A program made the translations under genes and the position numbers. Shown here piece after piece: positions 9,549 to 19,168 of a stretch of 34,760 nucleotides of DNA. Location: assembly GCA_016787005.1 (NCBI GenBank), contig JAEUTS010000122.1, forward strand, positions 1-34,760, in the 5' to 3' direction. The DNA comes from Bacteroidia bacterium (GTDB taxonomy: Bacteria; Bacteroidota; Bacteroidia; JABDFU01). Every line of letters begins with the position of its first letter. Within the stretch, counting starts at the first letter, position 1. The notes below the pieces were generated by a model, which ran no database searches, was not told where the DNA came from, and saw only the letters and a program-made list of their open reading frames with translations.

Positions 9549-10205
9549 TTAAGGCGCCAGTCGTTGTAAATTCCAGCTGATTTCATCATCCGATAATGTA
9601 AACAGTATCCTGTCGTGCAAACGATTCGGGCGGCCCTGCCAGAACTCTATCACAGAAGGTTTTAACAAATAACCACCCCAGAATGGCGGGCATGGAACTT
9701 TTTCTGCGGGATACTTAGCCGATAATTCAGCAAATTTATTTTCAAGTACCTCTCTGCTTTTTATCACCTGGCTCTGTTCCGAAACCCAAGCCCCTATTTT
9801 ACTTTCACGCGGGCGCGAATTAAAATATTTCTCTGATGTTTCTGAACTTACCTTTTCCAGACGGCCTTCAACACGTACCTGGCGCTCTATCTGTGGCCAG
9901 AAAAAGTTTAATGAGGCATACGGATTTTGGGCAATATCCATTCCCTTTTTGCTGTTGTAATTGGTATAAAAAACAAATCCCTGAGCACTAAAACCTCTTA
10001 ATAGCACAATACGTGAAGATGGTTTTCCATCCACACTGACAGTTGAAAGTGTCATGGCATGAGGCTCGCTGACGTTAGCCGCCAAGGCTTCCTTCATCCA
10101 TAATTCAAACTGAAAAACAGGATCTTTTGCAATTTCACTTTCATTCAGTTCCATCCTTGAGTAGTCAGAACGGAGTTTTCGTATTTGTTGATTCAATTCA
10201 TCCAT
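9549..10205 (-). CDS. pdxH: pyridoxine/pyridoxamine 5'-phosphate oxidase
   Basis: PSSRIVLL, FYTNYNSKKG, RQVRVEG, YFNSRP, WGGY and EFWQGRPNRLHDR. Confidence 0.97.
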   Translation of the reverse strand: MDELNQQIRKLRSDYSRMELNESEIAKDPVFQFELWMKEALAANVSEPHAMTLSTVSVDGKPSSRIVLLRGFSAQGFVFYTNYNSKKGMDIAQNPYASLNFFWPQIERQVRVEGRLEKVSSETSEKYFNSRPRESKIGAWVSEQSQVIKSREVLENKFAELSAKYPAEKVPCPPFWGGYLLKPSVIEFWQGRPNRLHDRILFTLSDDEISWNLQRLAP

Positions 10206-10213
10206 GACATCTG

Positions 10214-10600
10214 TTATTTAATTCCGGGAAATGCTTCCACAAATTTAACTTTTATATCCGGAAACGCGTCTACTATCTGAACCTTCAGGTCAGGAAAGGC
10301 CTCTACTACCTGCCATTTTCCACACTGGTCAGGAAAAGCCTCAACCATTTTTACTTTAATATCAGGGAATGCGTCAACTATCTGAATTTTTATGTCAGGA
10401 AAGGCAGTTACATATTTGATTTTCCCGTATAATTTCATTCCATTGAATTTACAATCGTCGGTGATCTTATTCCCATCAAATTCCCCGGAAGTAACGGTAT
10501 TATTCACAACAGCCGAATCCTTATGCAAAGAGCCGGCCGAACAGCTCATTGTAATATGGGCAAGCATAACTGTAAGAAATATTTTATTTAATTTATTCAT
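10214..10600 (-). CDS. small repeat lipoprotein with six xVxAFP(D) repeats, resembling 7(1) septoil-knot/DUF6150-like proteins
   Basis: Lipobox-like TMSC. The C-terminal half is three 11-aa repeats, a QCGKW turn and three more repeats. The family link is from remembered pattern only. Confidence 0.6.
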   Translation of the reverse strand: MNKLNKIFLTVMLAHITMSCSAGSLHKDSAVVNNTVTSGEFDGNKITDDCKFNGMKLYGKIKYVTAFPDIKIQIVDAFPDIKVKMVEAFPDQCGKWQVVEAFPDLKVQIVDAFPDIKVKFVEAFPGIK

Positions 10601-10615
10601 TCAATACATTATAAG

Positions 10616-13600
10616 TTAAAGACGTGTTCCTATCAACAGTATATCATCGACCTGCTCAAACCCCTCTTTCCATTGATCAATCGCTTTGGTCATGTATTCA
10701 CCTTGTTCTTTCATATTCAGGTGCTGCGTATCAAGCAACATTTTCTTGAGGGCACTGTATTTCAGCTTTTTCCCATTCACACCTCCGAACTGGTCGGCAT
10801 AACCATCGGAAAAAATATAGATAGTGTCTCCTTTTTCCAGTTGTATACTGTGGTTTGTAAACTTATGCTGATCACCGGACTTAAGGTTGCCAATAGGAAA
10901 TTTACTCGCTTTTATTTCATTCAAAACACCATTACGTATCCAGTACAAAGGATTGAATGCCCCTGAATACTGCAGCTCGTTTGTTTTACGATCGAACATA
11001 CAAAGCGCAATATCCATGCCATCTTTTACCTGATCTTCGGCGTGTGATTGACGCAACGTATCACTTACACTTTTATTTAACGCGTCCAGAACAAGCGCGG
11101 GTTGAGTGATCCCCTGTTCACCTACTATTTGCTCAAGGTGGTTATGGCCAATAATCGACATGAATGCACCGGGAACTCCATGTCCTGTACAATCAACTGC
11201 GGCGAACAACACTTTATCACCCTTATCATGCAGCCAGTAAAAATCGCCGCTCACAATATCTTTAGGCTTAAACAGGATAAATGTTTTCGGCAAATATTTT
11301 TCCACAAATTCATCGGGCGGCAATATGGCATCCTGTATACGTTTGGCATAGCGTATACTGGCCATTATATCTTTATTCTTTTCATCCAGCTGTTTATTTT
11401 TCTCTACTACCTCCGCGGTTCTTTCACGAACCTTCTCCTCAAGTACACGTTTCTCCACCACTAATTTACGCTCCCTCCATTTTACATACGTAAAGAACAA
11501 TAGCACTCCGACAACCACATATGCGAGATATGCCCACCAGGTGAAGTACCAGGGAGGCCTTATGCGGAATGAAAATGATACAGGTTCTTTGTTCCATACA
11601 CCCAGGTTATTGGAGGCTTTGACTTTGAAAGTGTAATTACCGGGAGACAGATTTGAATAGATAACCGAGGTTTGATTAGTTGCAGGCCGCCAGTTTTCTT
11701 CTTCTCCTTCAAGCATTACCATGAATTTTACCGCATCCGGATTGGAAATACATATACCTGAATAGCTGAACATCAGCGTATTTTGATCATAACTCAACGA
11801 ATAATTGTTTTGAAGGGGAATGGAACGTGAGTAATTGTATTTGATATCGGTGATATTAATAAGCGCTTCAAGCGTGTTCAACTGATCGTACGTTGAGTTA
11901 TATTTTATTAACCCATTAACAGTACCAAACCATATGTTTCCTTTTTTGTCGACATGAACAGCATTTGGTTTGGTCTCAATGGCAGTAAACCCTTCAAATT
12001 TACCATAGGAAATAAAACTTTTCGAATTTTGAACAAAACGATTGAGACCTTTATTCGTTCCGATCCAAATATCTCCTTTGTTGTCTTTAACAAGCAGGTT
12101 AATATAGTCAGATACAAGTCCATCCTGCGTTGTATAATGTTTGAATGCAGTACCATTGTATACAAATACCCCGCCGCCGGATGTACCGACCCATAAATTA
12201 CCGGCTTTGTCTTCTGTTAATGCGGTTGGTGAGGTGTTTGTTAATCCTTCCTCTTTAGCATATAATTTAAATTCCTTTCCATTGTATTTATATAATCCTC
12301 TTCCTACAACACTGATCCATATATTATTCTCCGAATCGCAATACAGCGCGTTTATTTCTTTCGCGTCGAAATTCTTTGTGCCTACAAAGTCTCTTACACT
12401 GGTTGAGGCGGGATCGAATACAACTAAAGCATTACCTGTAGCGATCCATATATTATCCTTTGCATCAACGCACAATGCGCCGATAAAAGGATTACTTATA
12501 AAATCATTAACGACAGTAACTGAATTAAACTCATTTGTTTTCGGGTTATACTTCAATAATTTATCCTGGTAGGTTCCGAGCCATACATCTCCTTTACTGT
12601 CACGGACTGCTGCGCGAAACGCCACCTTCGCGTTTCCTGTTATCTTTTCGTGATTATTAAACGTCCCGTTGACAGGATCTAATACTGACACACCGTTGCC
12701 TGTGGCAATAAAAATATTTCCATTTTCCACTTCTTCAACCGCCCATACCTTATCATTAATCAATCCCTGGGAAACATTGTAAGTGATAAAGCGTTCACCT
12801 TTAAAAATGAATAAACCACTGCCTTGTGTCCCAACCAGAATATTCCCCTCGCGGTCAATACTCAGTGCGTAAATTTTTAAGGCGGGCAAACCGTTACTTG
12901 CGTGATAGTTTGTTAGTTTTCCTTCAGCGGATAGTTTAACAAGTCCATCACCCCATGTAGCCGCCCAGGTATTGCCATTCTTATCAAAAACAATATCACG
13001 TATCCATACGGGAACAGGAAATGATTTTGTTGATCTTTTGGAAGGATCATACTTTACAAGTGTGGGTTGACCTAAAGTGGAGCCATACCAGAGGTTACCT
13101 TTTTCATCCTCTTTGATAGCGGACACATAAGCCAGTGACTGCCCGTTTATGCGAAGGAATTCGAATTTGTCGGAACCTGGTGACAAATACTTTACTCCAA
13201 CATCTGTAAGAAAACAGATGTTTCCGTTTTTCGATTCAAACATACTGAAGACATAACTGCTAAGACCATCGCCGGAACGATAGTATTTCAGATTCTCCTC
13301 AGCAGTAAGTGCATCGTTTGTTTTATTGATCTGTACAACACCAAACATGGCAACGGATACCCATATTTTGCCGGCCTTATCTTCATAAATAGAATATATC
13401 TTTTTATCCCTTATAGTATCAAGTGATAATTTTTCAAACTTATTATCGATATAACGGGTTATGTTACCGGAACTGTGCCCGAGCCAAAGCTCACCGTTAG
13501 ATGTAAGTAACATAGCGCTGATATTATTGTCGGCTAAACCATCTTCGGTTGTGTAATTGTAAAAGGTCTTTCCATCGAATCGCGACAGTCCGCCTTCAGT

Positions 13601-13765
13601 CCCGAGCCATATATTACCCTTCTTATCCTGTACAATAGCAACTACATTGGATTGAATAAGGCCGTCAGTAACGGAATAATTGTCGAATGAATAAAGTTGT
13701 GAGAATAACTGACCCGAAAGAAAGCAAAGGATAATTAAAAAGAAGTTATCTTTTTTACGATGCAT
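10616..13765 (-). CDS. membrane sensor: two-component-regulator beta-propeller + Y_Y_Y + TM + SpoIIE/PP2C Ser/Thr phosphatase
   Basis: Signal peptide; many DxxGNIW(L/I)GT repeats; YSNLSPGNYTFKVKA; PPWYFTWWAY TM; coiled coil; PP2C motifs VSGDFY, DCTGHGVPGA, DGMD, SDGYADQFGG and DDILL. Confidence 0.9.
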   Translation of the reverse strand: MHRKKDNFFLIILCFLSGQLFSQLYSFDNYSVTDGLIQSNVVAIVQDKKGNIWLGTEGGLSRFDGKTFYNYTTEDGLADNNISAMLLTSNGELWLGHSSGNITRYIDNKFEKLSLDTIRDKKIYSIYEDKAGKIWVSVAMFGVVQINKTNDALTAEENLKYYRSGDGLSSYVFSMFESKNGNICFLTDVGVKYLSPGSDKFEFLRINGQSLAYVSAIKEDEKGNLWYGSTLGQPTLVKYDPSKRSTKSFPVPVWIRDIVFDKNGNTWAATWGDGLVKLSAEGKLTNYHASNGLPALKIYALSIDREGNILVGTQGSGLFIFKGERFITYNVSQGLINDKVWAVEEVENGNIFIATGNGVSVLDPVNGTFNNHEKITGNAKVAFRAAVRDSKGDVWLGTYQDKLLKYNPKTNEFNSVTVVNDFISNPFIGALCVDAKDNIWIATGNALVVFDPASTSVRDFVGTKNFDAKEINALYCDSENNIWISVVGRGLYKYNGKEFKLYAKEEGLTNTSPTALTEDKAGNLWVGTSGGGVFVYNGTAFKHYTTQDGLVSDYINLLVKDNKGDIWIGTNKGLNRFVQNSKSFISYGKFEGFTAIETKPNAVHVDKKGNIWFGTVNGLIKYNSTYDQLNTLEALINITDIKYNYSRSIPLQNNYSLSYDQNTLMFSYSGICISNPDAVKFMVMLEGEEENWRPATNQTSVIYSNLSPGNYTFKVKASNNLGVWNKEPVSFSFRIRPPWYFTWWAYLAYVVVGVLLFFTYVKWRERKLVVEKRVLEEKVRERTAEVVEKNKQLDEKNKDIMASIRYAKRIQDAILPPDEFVEKYLPKTFILFKPKDIVSGDFYWLHDKGDKVLFAAVDCTGHGVPGAFMSIIGHNHLEQIVGEQGITQPALVLDALNKSVSDTLRQSHAEDQVKDGMDIALCMFDRKTNELQYSGAFNPLYWIRNGVLNEIKASKFPIGNLKSGDQHKFTNHSIQLEKGDTIYIFSDGYADQFGGVNGKKLKYSALKKMLLDTQHLNMKEQGEYMTKAIDQWKEGFEQVDDILLIGTRL

Positions 13766-13779
13766 GAGTCATTGATACA

Positions 13780-16119
13780 TTATTTTTTCATGAAAAAGAA
13801 AGTGCCATCTTCATCTTCGAGATCCTTGATCTTACGAAGTTTAGGGGCCTGGTTAGCTGTTTTCTGAACAGCTGCAGCTACCTTTTCAGAGATCTTGTCA
13901 ATTGAAATGCAGCCATCCGGATTATTGTTCAGTGAGGCAGCGAATGTTTTGGTGAACTGGGAATTGTCTGCGGCCAATTCGAACCCTGCGGATGAAAGCA
14001 CCTGCGAGGATTTGAGCTTCGTTGATTCCCAATCATCGCAACGTCTTTCCTTCGGTGTCGCGCGCATAGCAAGCATAAAAGACGGACCTGATTCACAGGC
14101 ATCGGTCACAACAAGCAGGTGAGCCAATTTATCATAACCCTGGAGTGATCCCTTTAAATTATTTATGCTGAAGTAGGTAAACTCATCATCCACTTTAGCA
14201 TCCACGGGTATCCAGTAGCCTGTCTGGTTTACGAATTTACCATGACCCGCGTACCAGATCACAACTGATGTTACGTTATTCAGCCTTAGCTGATCACGCA
14301 ATTCGATAGAGAAGAATTTCTCAAGGCCATCTTTCGTAAGGTCTTTTTTATGAATTATTTTATTCACCTTATAATTTGCAAGCGCTGATTTCATCATTGT
14401 CACATCCTTACCGGGCCCTTCAAGTATAGGAAAGTTCTTGTAATTGGTATTTTCAACAAATACCACCCAGGTAATGCCCATAGGATTATCCTTAGCTATA
14501 AGCGCTCCTTCCCTGTTAAGTTTGTACTTTACATTGGTTTCGTTGCCATTGATATCTCTCACCCTGATATTGATATCATTTTTATTGGCAATATTCGCTT
14601 TTATGGAAAAAGTGGGATTCAAAGATTCGAGGGCGTAGCTGGCCGAAACACCTTCAACAATAATTGATTCGATCAAACTCTCATCCTTTACTTTGCCTTC
14701 AATGTAAAGCTCCGGGTTGGTATTGTCCATAAATATTTCATTGTCGGATGAAGCCATCGGTGACACTAATTCAACCAAAGGTTTATTTATCTCGGTGCGA
14801 TCGATAGTATAGATGATCTTTTTAGTGTTATCGTATATATCGGTTGCCGATATTGAAAACTCAGTTCCGGTGCCTATCTGAATTCCACCGCTGAAATCGG
14901 GATTTATCGTGTCCTTGGTAAAATTAGCGGGAACATTATTAATGCTTATCGCTTTTATCTTACTTGCATCCTTAACGGTTCCCCTGACTACGATCTCTGT
15001 TTTATCTCCGGGAAGTTTAACCACATTCCTTTCATTTGCTTTAGGTGTAAGCAGTTCTATTTCGGGTTTATAGCTTTCACGGTTCAGTTCGAACAGCTTT
15101 TCTATCGCGGCCTTCATCATCTCTTTGGCTTTCTCATTATTCGGAGCCAGGGTCATTATCTTTTCATAATCAACCGCTGCCGATTTAAAATTGGTAAGCT
15201 GCTCATAGTTCCAGGCGCGTTTGTAATAGGCCTGCAAAAGATCTTTCCCGTTCATCCCGATCACTTTCGAGAAGTCATATATCGCATTCTGGTATTGACC
15301 CAGTTTTTCGTAATACTCCCCTCTTTTCATGAATAACATTTCATTATTCTGGTCACTGACAATTACCTTTGAAATATCATTCACTGCTGTTCCGAAATCG
15401 TTTTTGCTCGCGAAGATGCAGCTACGGGCATAAAAAATATCTTTATTGGTAGGATCCTTGGATATCGCCGCTTCAGCAATACTTAATGCTTCGTCATACT
15501 TTTTCAGTTTATCCTGTACAAGAATAAGTCCGACATAAGCCGGGATGAACTTTGAGTCATAATACTTGGAATTTTTATACTCTTTCTCAGCTTCAATATA
15601 GTTTTTCAAACTGTCCAGCATAACTGCATGGTAGTAATAAGCTGGTGCTGTTCTTTTATTATCTATCCAAAGCTGTGATGCTTCAAGTCCGTCCTTGAAA
15701 TTTTTGAGTTTCAAAAGAACTTTGAGGAAAACCTCAATTGCTTCATTGTATTCTTTGTCCTTAACAATGGCGTCCCTCAACATGGCGTCAGCTTCAGTAT
15801 ACTTACCGAGGTCATAATACAGTCGCCCTGCGTTGAAATAATTTTCTTTATCCTTAGGTGCAAAAACTGTAGCCCGCCTGTAGTCATCCGCCGCATCCGA
15901 ATTTCTCCCTGTTTTTTCATAACAATATGCACGCGCCTGGTAGGCCTTTACATACTTAGGGTCAAGCTCAATGGCTTTGGTATAACTGTTAATTGCATCC
16001 TCGTAGGAAAGACTTTCAAGAAACTTACTGCCACTGCTGTAAAATTTTTTCGCACTCTGAGCTTTTACAAAAAAAGTGCATGTGAGAAGGAAAAATAACA
16101 GGAGTGCTCTCTTAAACAT
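13780..16119 (-). CDS. exported TPR-repeat protein with two beta-sandwich domains and a C-terminal caspase-family (peptidase C14) domain
   Basis: Signal peptide MFKRALLLFFLLTCTFFVKA-Q from ATG 16119; TPRs over roughly the first 340 residues; two repeated KPxIEL...GxVKDxSxI..I.(I/V)...A domains; catalytic YAGHG (His codon 14242-14244) and TDACES (Cys codon 14095-14097). Confidence 0.85.
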   Translation of the reverse strand: MFKRALLLFFLLTCTFFVKAQSAKKFYSSGSKFLESLSYEDAINSYTKAIELDPKYVKAYQARAYCYEKTGRNSDAADDYRRATVFAPKDKENYFNAGRLYYDLGKYTEADAMLRDAIVKDKEYNEAIEVFLKVLLKLKNFKDGLEASQLWIDNKRTAPAYYYHAVMLDSLKNYIEAEKEYKNSKYYDSKFIPAYVGLILVQDKLKKYDEALSIAEAAISKDPTNKDIFYARSCIFASKNDFGTAVNDISKVIVSDQNNEMLFMKRGEYYEKLGQYQNAIYDFSKVIGMNGKDLLQAYYKRAWNYEQLTNFKSAAVDYEKIMTLAPNNEKAKEMMKAAIEKLFELNRESYKPEIELLTPKANERNVVKLPGDKTEIVVRGTVKDASKIKAISINNVPANFTKDTINPDFSGGIQIGTGTEFSISATDIYDNTKKIIYTIDRTEINKPLVELVSPMASSDNEIFMDNTNPELYIEGKVKDESLIESIIVEGVSASYALESLNPTFSIKANIANKNDINIRVRDINGNETNVKYKLNREGALIAKDNPMGITWVVFVENTNYKNFPILEGPGKDVTMMKSALANYKVNKIIHKKDLTKDGLEKFFSIELRDQLRLNNVTSVVIWYAGHGKFVNQTGYWIPVDAKVDDEFTYFSINNLKGSLQGYDKLAHLLVVTDACESGPSFMLAMRATPKERRCDDWESTKLKSSQVLSSAGFELAADNSQFTKTFAASLNNNPDGCISIDKISEKVAAAVQKTANQAPKLRKIKDLEDEDGTFFFMKK

Positions 16120-16514
16120 AATAATATACTTAATAAATTGATGCTTAATAAATTTAAACTCGCCCCACTTTCCTATGCCCCTGATATAAATGGTTTTCAT
16201 ATGGCTTAAACGGCAAACTCCATAATAACCAATATATTATACAGACAAAAATATAAAAATACTGTATTATCGGAGGCTTAATTACTTATTATTTATCATC
16301 ATTTTGGGGCCTATGTATGACTGCAATCTCCTTATTTTCAGGTTTTAGCTTTTGTTTAAGGATAATTTGCGATTTTTATACCTAAGGAACCTGTTATAAG
16401 AATTTTGATGCTGGCATATCTGGTTCTTCGCTAACCTGCCTCCTGCTCAGTAGGTCTGGCGGATAAAAAACCCTTAAATTGGCTAAGAACCGATATAACA
16501 CGACAATAGCGGAA

Positions 16515-18533
16515 ATGGCAAAAAAAAACATCAATAAACAACAGGGGAATTCCGTAACCGTAAAAAATGTTCTTCCGGAGATGGGCAAAAGTCAGTTGCT
16601 TATTATGGCGCTGATCGTCGCATTCCTGGGCGCAGCACTTTATTCAAATACATTTTCTCATAAATATGTTTTGGATGATATCCCGACTATAAAAGGAAAT
16701 TTTCTGACTAAGCAAGGTTTCGCAGGAATCTCGAAATTATTGCAGACGGCATACTGGTATGGCAGCGATGGCAAAAATGAGCTATTTTACCGGCCCCTGT
16801 CTGTTGTAATGTTCGCTATTGAATGGGAGTTCTGGCCTGACAATCCTAAAGCCGGGCATGTTATAAATGTTTTGTTATATGCGCTTACAGGATTCATACT
16901 GTTTTTTACACTTTTAAAATTATTCATTGATTTGAATCCGCTTATTCCTTTCGCAGCAAGCCTTTTGTTTATTGCTCATCCTCTTCATACGGAAGTGGTA
17001 GCCAATATTAAAAGCCGTGATGAGATTCTGGCCTTTTTGTTTCTCCTTATATCGTTAAATACACTGCTGGACCATGTGAGAAACAATGCTCCGTATAAGC
17101 TAATTGTGTCGTTGTTCTGTTTTTTTCTTGCTTTAATCTCTAAAGAATCTTCGATTTTGTATCTCGTAATTTTCCCGATAGCCTTATTTTATTATTCAAA
17201 TGCTGACGTTAAGAGAATTGCGGTAATTATGGCAGGGTATGTGTTTGCTGCAGCGACATACATGATCATAAGAGCATTAGTACTTGACAGGCAGATGGTC
17301 GGAGAAATTGCTTCTGTAATTGACAATACGGTTTCTGCAAGCGACTACCCGCATCGTTTTGCCACCGCTATGGTTATTCTGGGTACTTATATTAAACTCT
17401 TAATCTTTCCTCATCCGCTTGTTTACGATTACTCATTTGCCACATTTAAAATTGTTGGACCGGATAATATTTGGGCAATTACATCCGTTTTAATCTACTC
17501 TTGCATCGGCATTTATATTTTCAGGAATTTTTTTAAAAAAGATACGATCGTTTTTAGCCTGATCATATACCTGCTTCCTGTGATACTTGTCTCAAATATA
17601 TTTTTCCTGACCCGCTCTACCGCTGCAGAGCGTTTTTTGTACCAACCTTCACTTGGATTCGCGATCATTGCATCCATACTGCTGGCAAAGATTACAGGAA
17701 CAGACATTGTAAAACGAAATTTTCACAGCATTTCAACGCTTATAAAGAACAACGTTAAATTGTTTGGTTTGATCGGGTTGCTGCTTGCCCTCTATTCGTT
17801 TAAAACATATACCAGGGCCGAAACATGGAAGGATAACCTCACCCTGTTTCGCACCGATCTGCAATATATTCCAAACAGCGCGAGGGCCCGGTTTAACTAT
17901 GCAAAAGAGCTGACTGCAAGTCTCGTTCACGATTCAATTAAAACACCTGTTGAACAGGAACGGGCTTACAACGAAGCAATAACCTCGGCAAACCGTGCAT
18001 TGCAAATAATTGACGGGTATGTTGAACCTTATTATTTGCTCGGACAACTGGCCGGATACAAAAAAAATTATGCAGGATCTATTGAATATTATAAAAAAGT
18101 AATGGCGCGGAACAACCAGTATCTTTACATGTACAACAACCTTGGGACTAATTATTATCGTCTCAACCAATTGGATAGCGCTTTGAAATACCTTAACATA
18201 GCCATTAAAATGCAGCCCGATTATGCGGAAGCGTACAGTAACTTAGGAGCGGTTTATACCGCGCGCGGGATGCCAAAAGAAGCGGTTGACAGTTATAGTA
18301 AGGCTATTGAGCTCGCCCCCGGTTTTTATGATGCCTATATCAATATGGGTAATTGTTATGGAATAATGAAGGAATACGATAAAGCGCTGGCTTGTTTTTT
18401 GAAAGGCCTTAAAATTAAAAATGATGATCCACGGTTGTATTCTTATATTGGCATGACCTATGGGTTTATGGGAGACACTATTAATGCCAGGACGTATAAT
18501 GATAAAGCAGCCCTGTTCAGGCAGTCGAAGTGA
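16515..18533 (+). CDS. second TMTC-like GT-C glycosyltransferase with C-terminal TPRs
   Basis: YVLDD, YRPL, HPLHTEVVANIKSRDE, SKE, FPHPLVYDYS, ERFLYQPS and WKDNLTLF, then TPRs (AEAYSNLGAVY). ATG 16515. Confidence 0.75.
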   Translation: MAKKNINKQQGNSVTVKNVLPEMGKSQLLIMALIVAFLGAALYSNTFSHKYVLDDIPTIKGNFLTKQGFAGISKLLQTAYWYGSDGKNELFYRPLSVVMFAIEWEFWPDNPKAGHVINVLLYALTGFILFFTLLKLFIDLNPLIPFAASLLFIAHPLHTEVVANIKSRDEILAFLFLLISLNTLLDHVRNNAPYKLIVSLFCFFLALISKESSILYLVIFPIALFYYSNADVKRIAVIMAGYVFAAATYMIIRALVLDRQMVGEIASVIDNTVSASDYPHRFATAMVILGTYIKLLIFPHPLVYDYSFATFKIVGPDNIWAITSVLIYSCIGIYIFRNFFKKDTIVFSLIIYLLPVILVSNIFFLTRSTAAERFLYQPSLGFAIIASILLAKITGTDIVKRNFHSISTLIKNNVKLFGLIGLLLALYSFKTYTRAETWKDNLTLFRTDLQYIPNSARARFNYAKELTASLVHDSIKTPVEQERAYNEAITSANRALQIIDGYVEPYYLLGQLAGYKKNYAGSIEYYKKVMARNNQYLYMYNNLGTNYYRLNQLDSALKYLNIAIKMQPDYAEAYSNLGAVYTARGMPKEAVDSYSKAIELAPGFYDAYINMGNCYGIMKEYDKALACFLKGLKIKNDDPRLYSYIGMTYGFMGDTINARTYNDKAALFRQSK

Positions 18534-18559
18534 AAAATTAGTAATTAATATTTTTAGAG

Positions 18560-19123
18560 ATGAGCAAGAAATCTATGCAGCCGGACAAAGGAAAACTATT
18601 GATAGCGGAGCCTTTTATGAAAGATCCGTATTTTAAAAGATCGGTGGTTATACTTGTAGATCATAATGAAAAGGGATCATTTGGATTTATACTGAATAAG
18701 GCTATTGAACTTAAAATATATGATGCCGTTATTGATTTTCCGGAATATACAGAACCCATATACCTTGGCGGGCCGGTCGCAACCGATCAGTTATTTTATA
18801 TTCACACCCTTGGTGACAAAATTGGCAAAGGAGTTGAAATTACGAAGGGCTTGTGGTGGGGAGGAGATTTTAAAAAAGTGAAAATGCTGATCAGGAAGAA
18901 AGAGATCGGCTCCGACCAGATTCGTTTTTTTGTTGGTTATGCGGGATGGGATGCTGAACAACTGGATAAGGAAATGAAAGAAAATTCGTGGATCGTTACA
19001 GAACCCAAAATAAACGTTATCATGGATCCAAAGGCAAATGAATTGTGGCCAAAAGTAATCCGGTCGTTGGGCGGTGAATATAAAATGATGGCAAATTACC
19101 CCGAGGATCCGCAGCTAAACTAA
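18560..19123 (+). CDS. YqgE/AlgH (UPF0301) family protein
   Basis: GKLLIAEP, DPYFKRSVV, GFILNK, YLGGPV, RFFVGYAGW..QL..E and C-terminal PEDPQLN. Confidence 0.93.
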   Translation: MSKKSMQPDKGKLLIAEPFMKDPYFKRSVVILVDHNEKGSFGFILNKAIELKIYDAVIDFPEYTEPIYLGGPVATDQLFYIHTLGDKIGKGVEITKGLWWGGDFKKVKMLIRKKEIGSDQIRFFVGYAGWDAEQLDKEMKENSWIVTEPKINVIMDPKANELWPKVIRSLGGEYKMMANYPEDPQLN

Positions 19124-19168
19124 TGAAACCTGACTTTGTTATATGATTAAGTATGCTTAAATTAGCTC

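Noticed and set aside
13780-16119. Caspase as part of a gasdermin, CBASS, Avs or type III CRISPR defence system
   Set aside because: No gasdermin, cyclase, STAND NTPase or Cas gene is nearby, and the protein appears to be exported.
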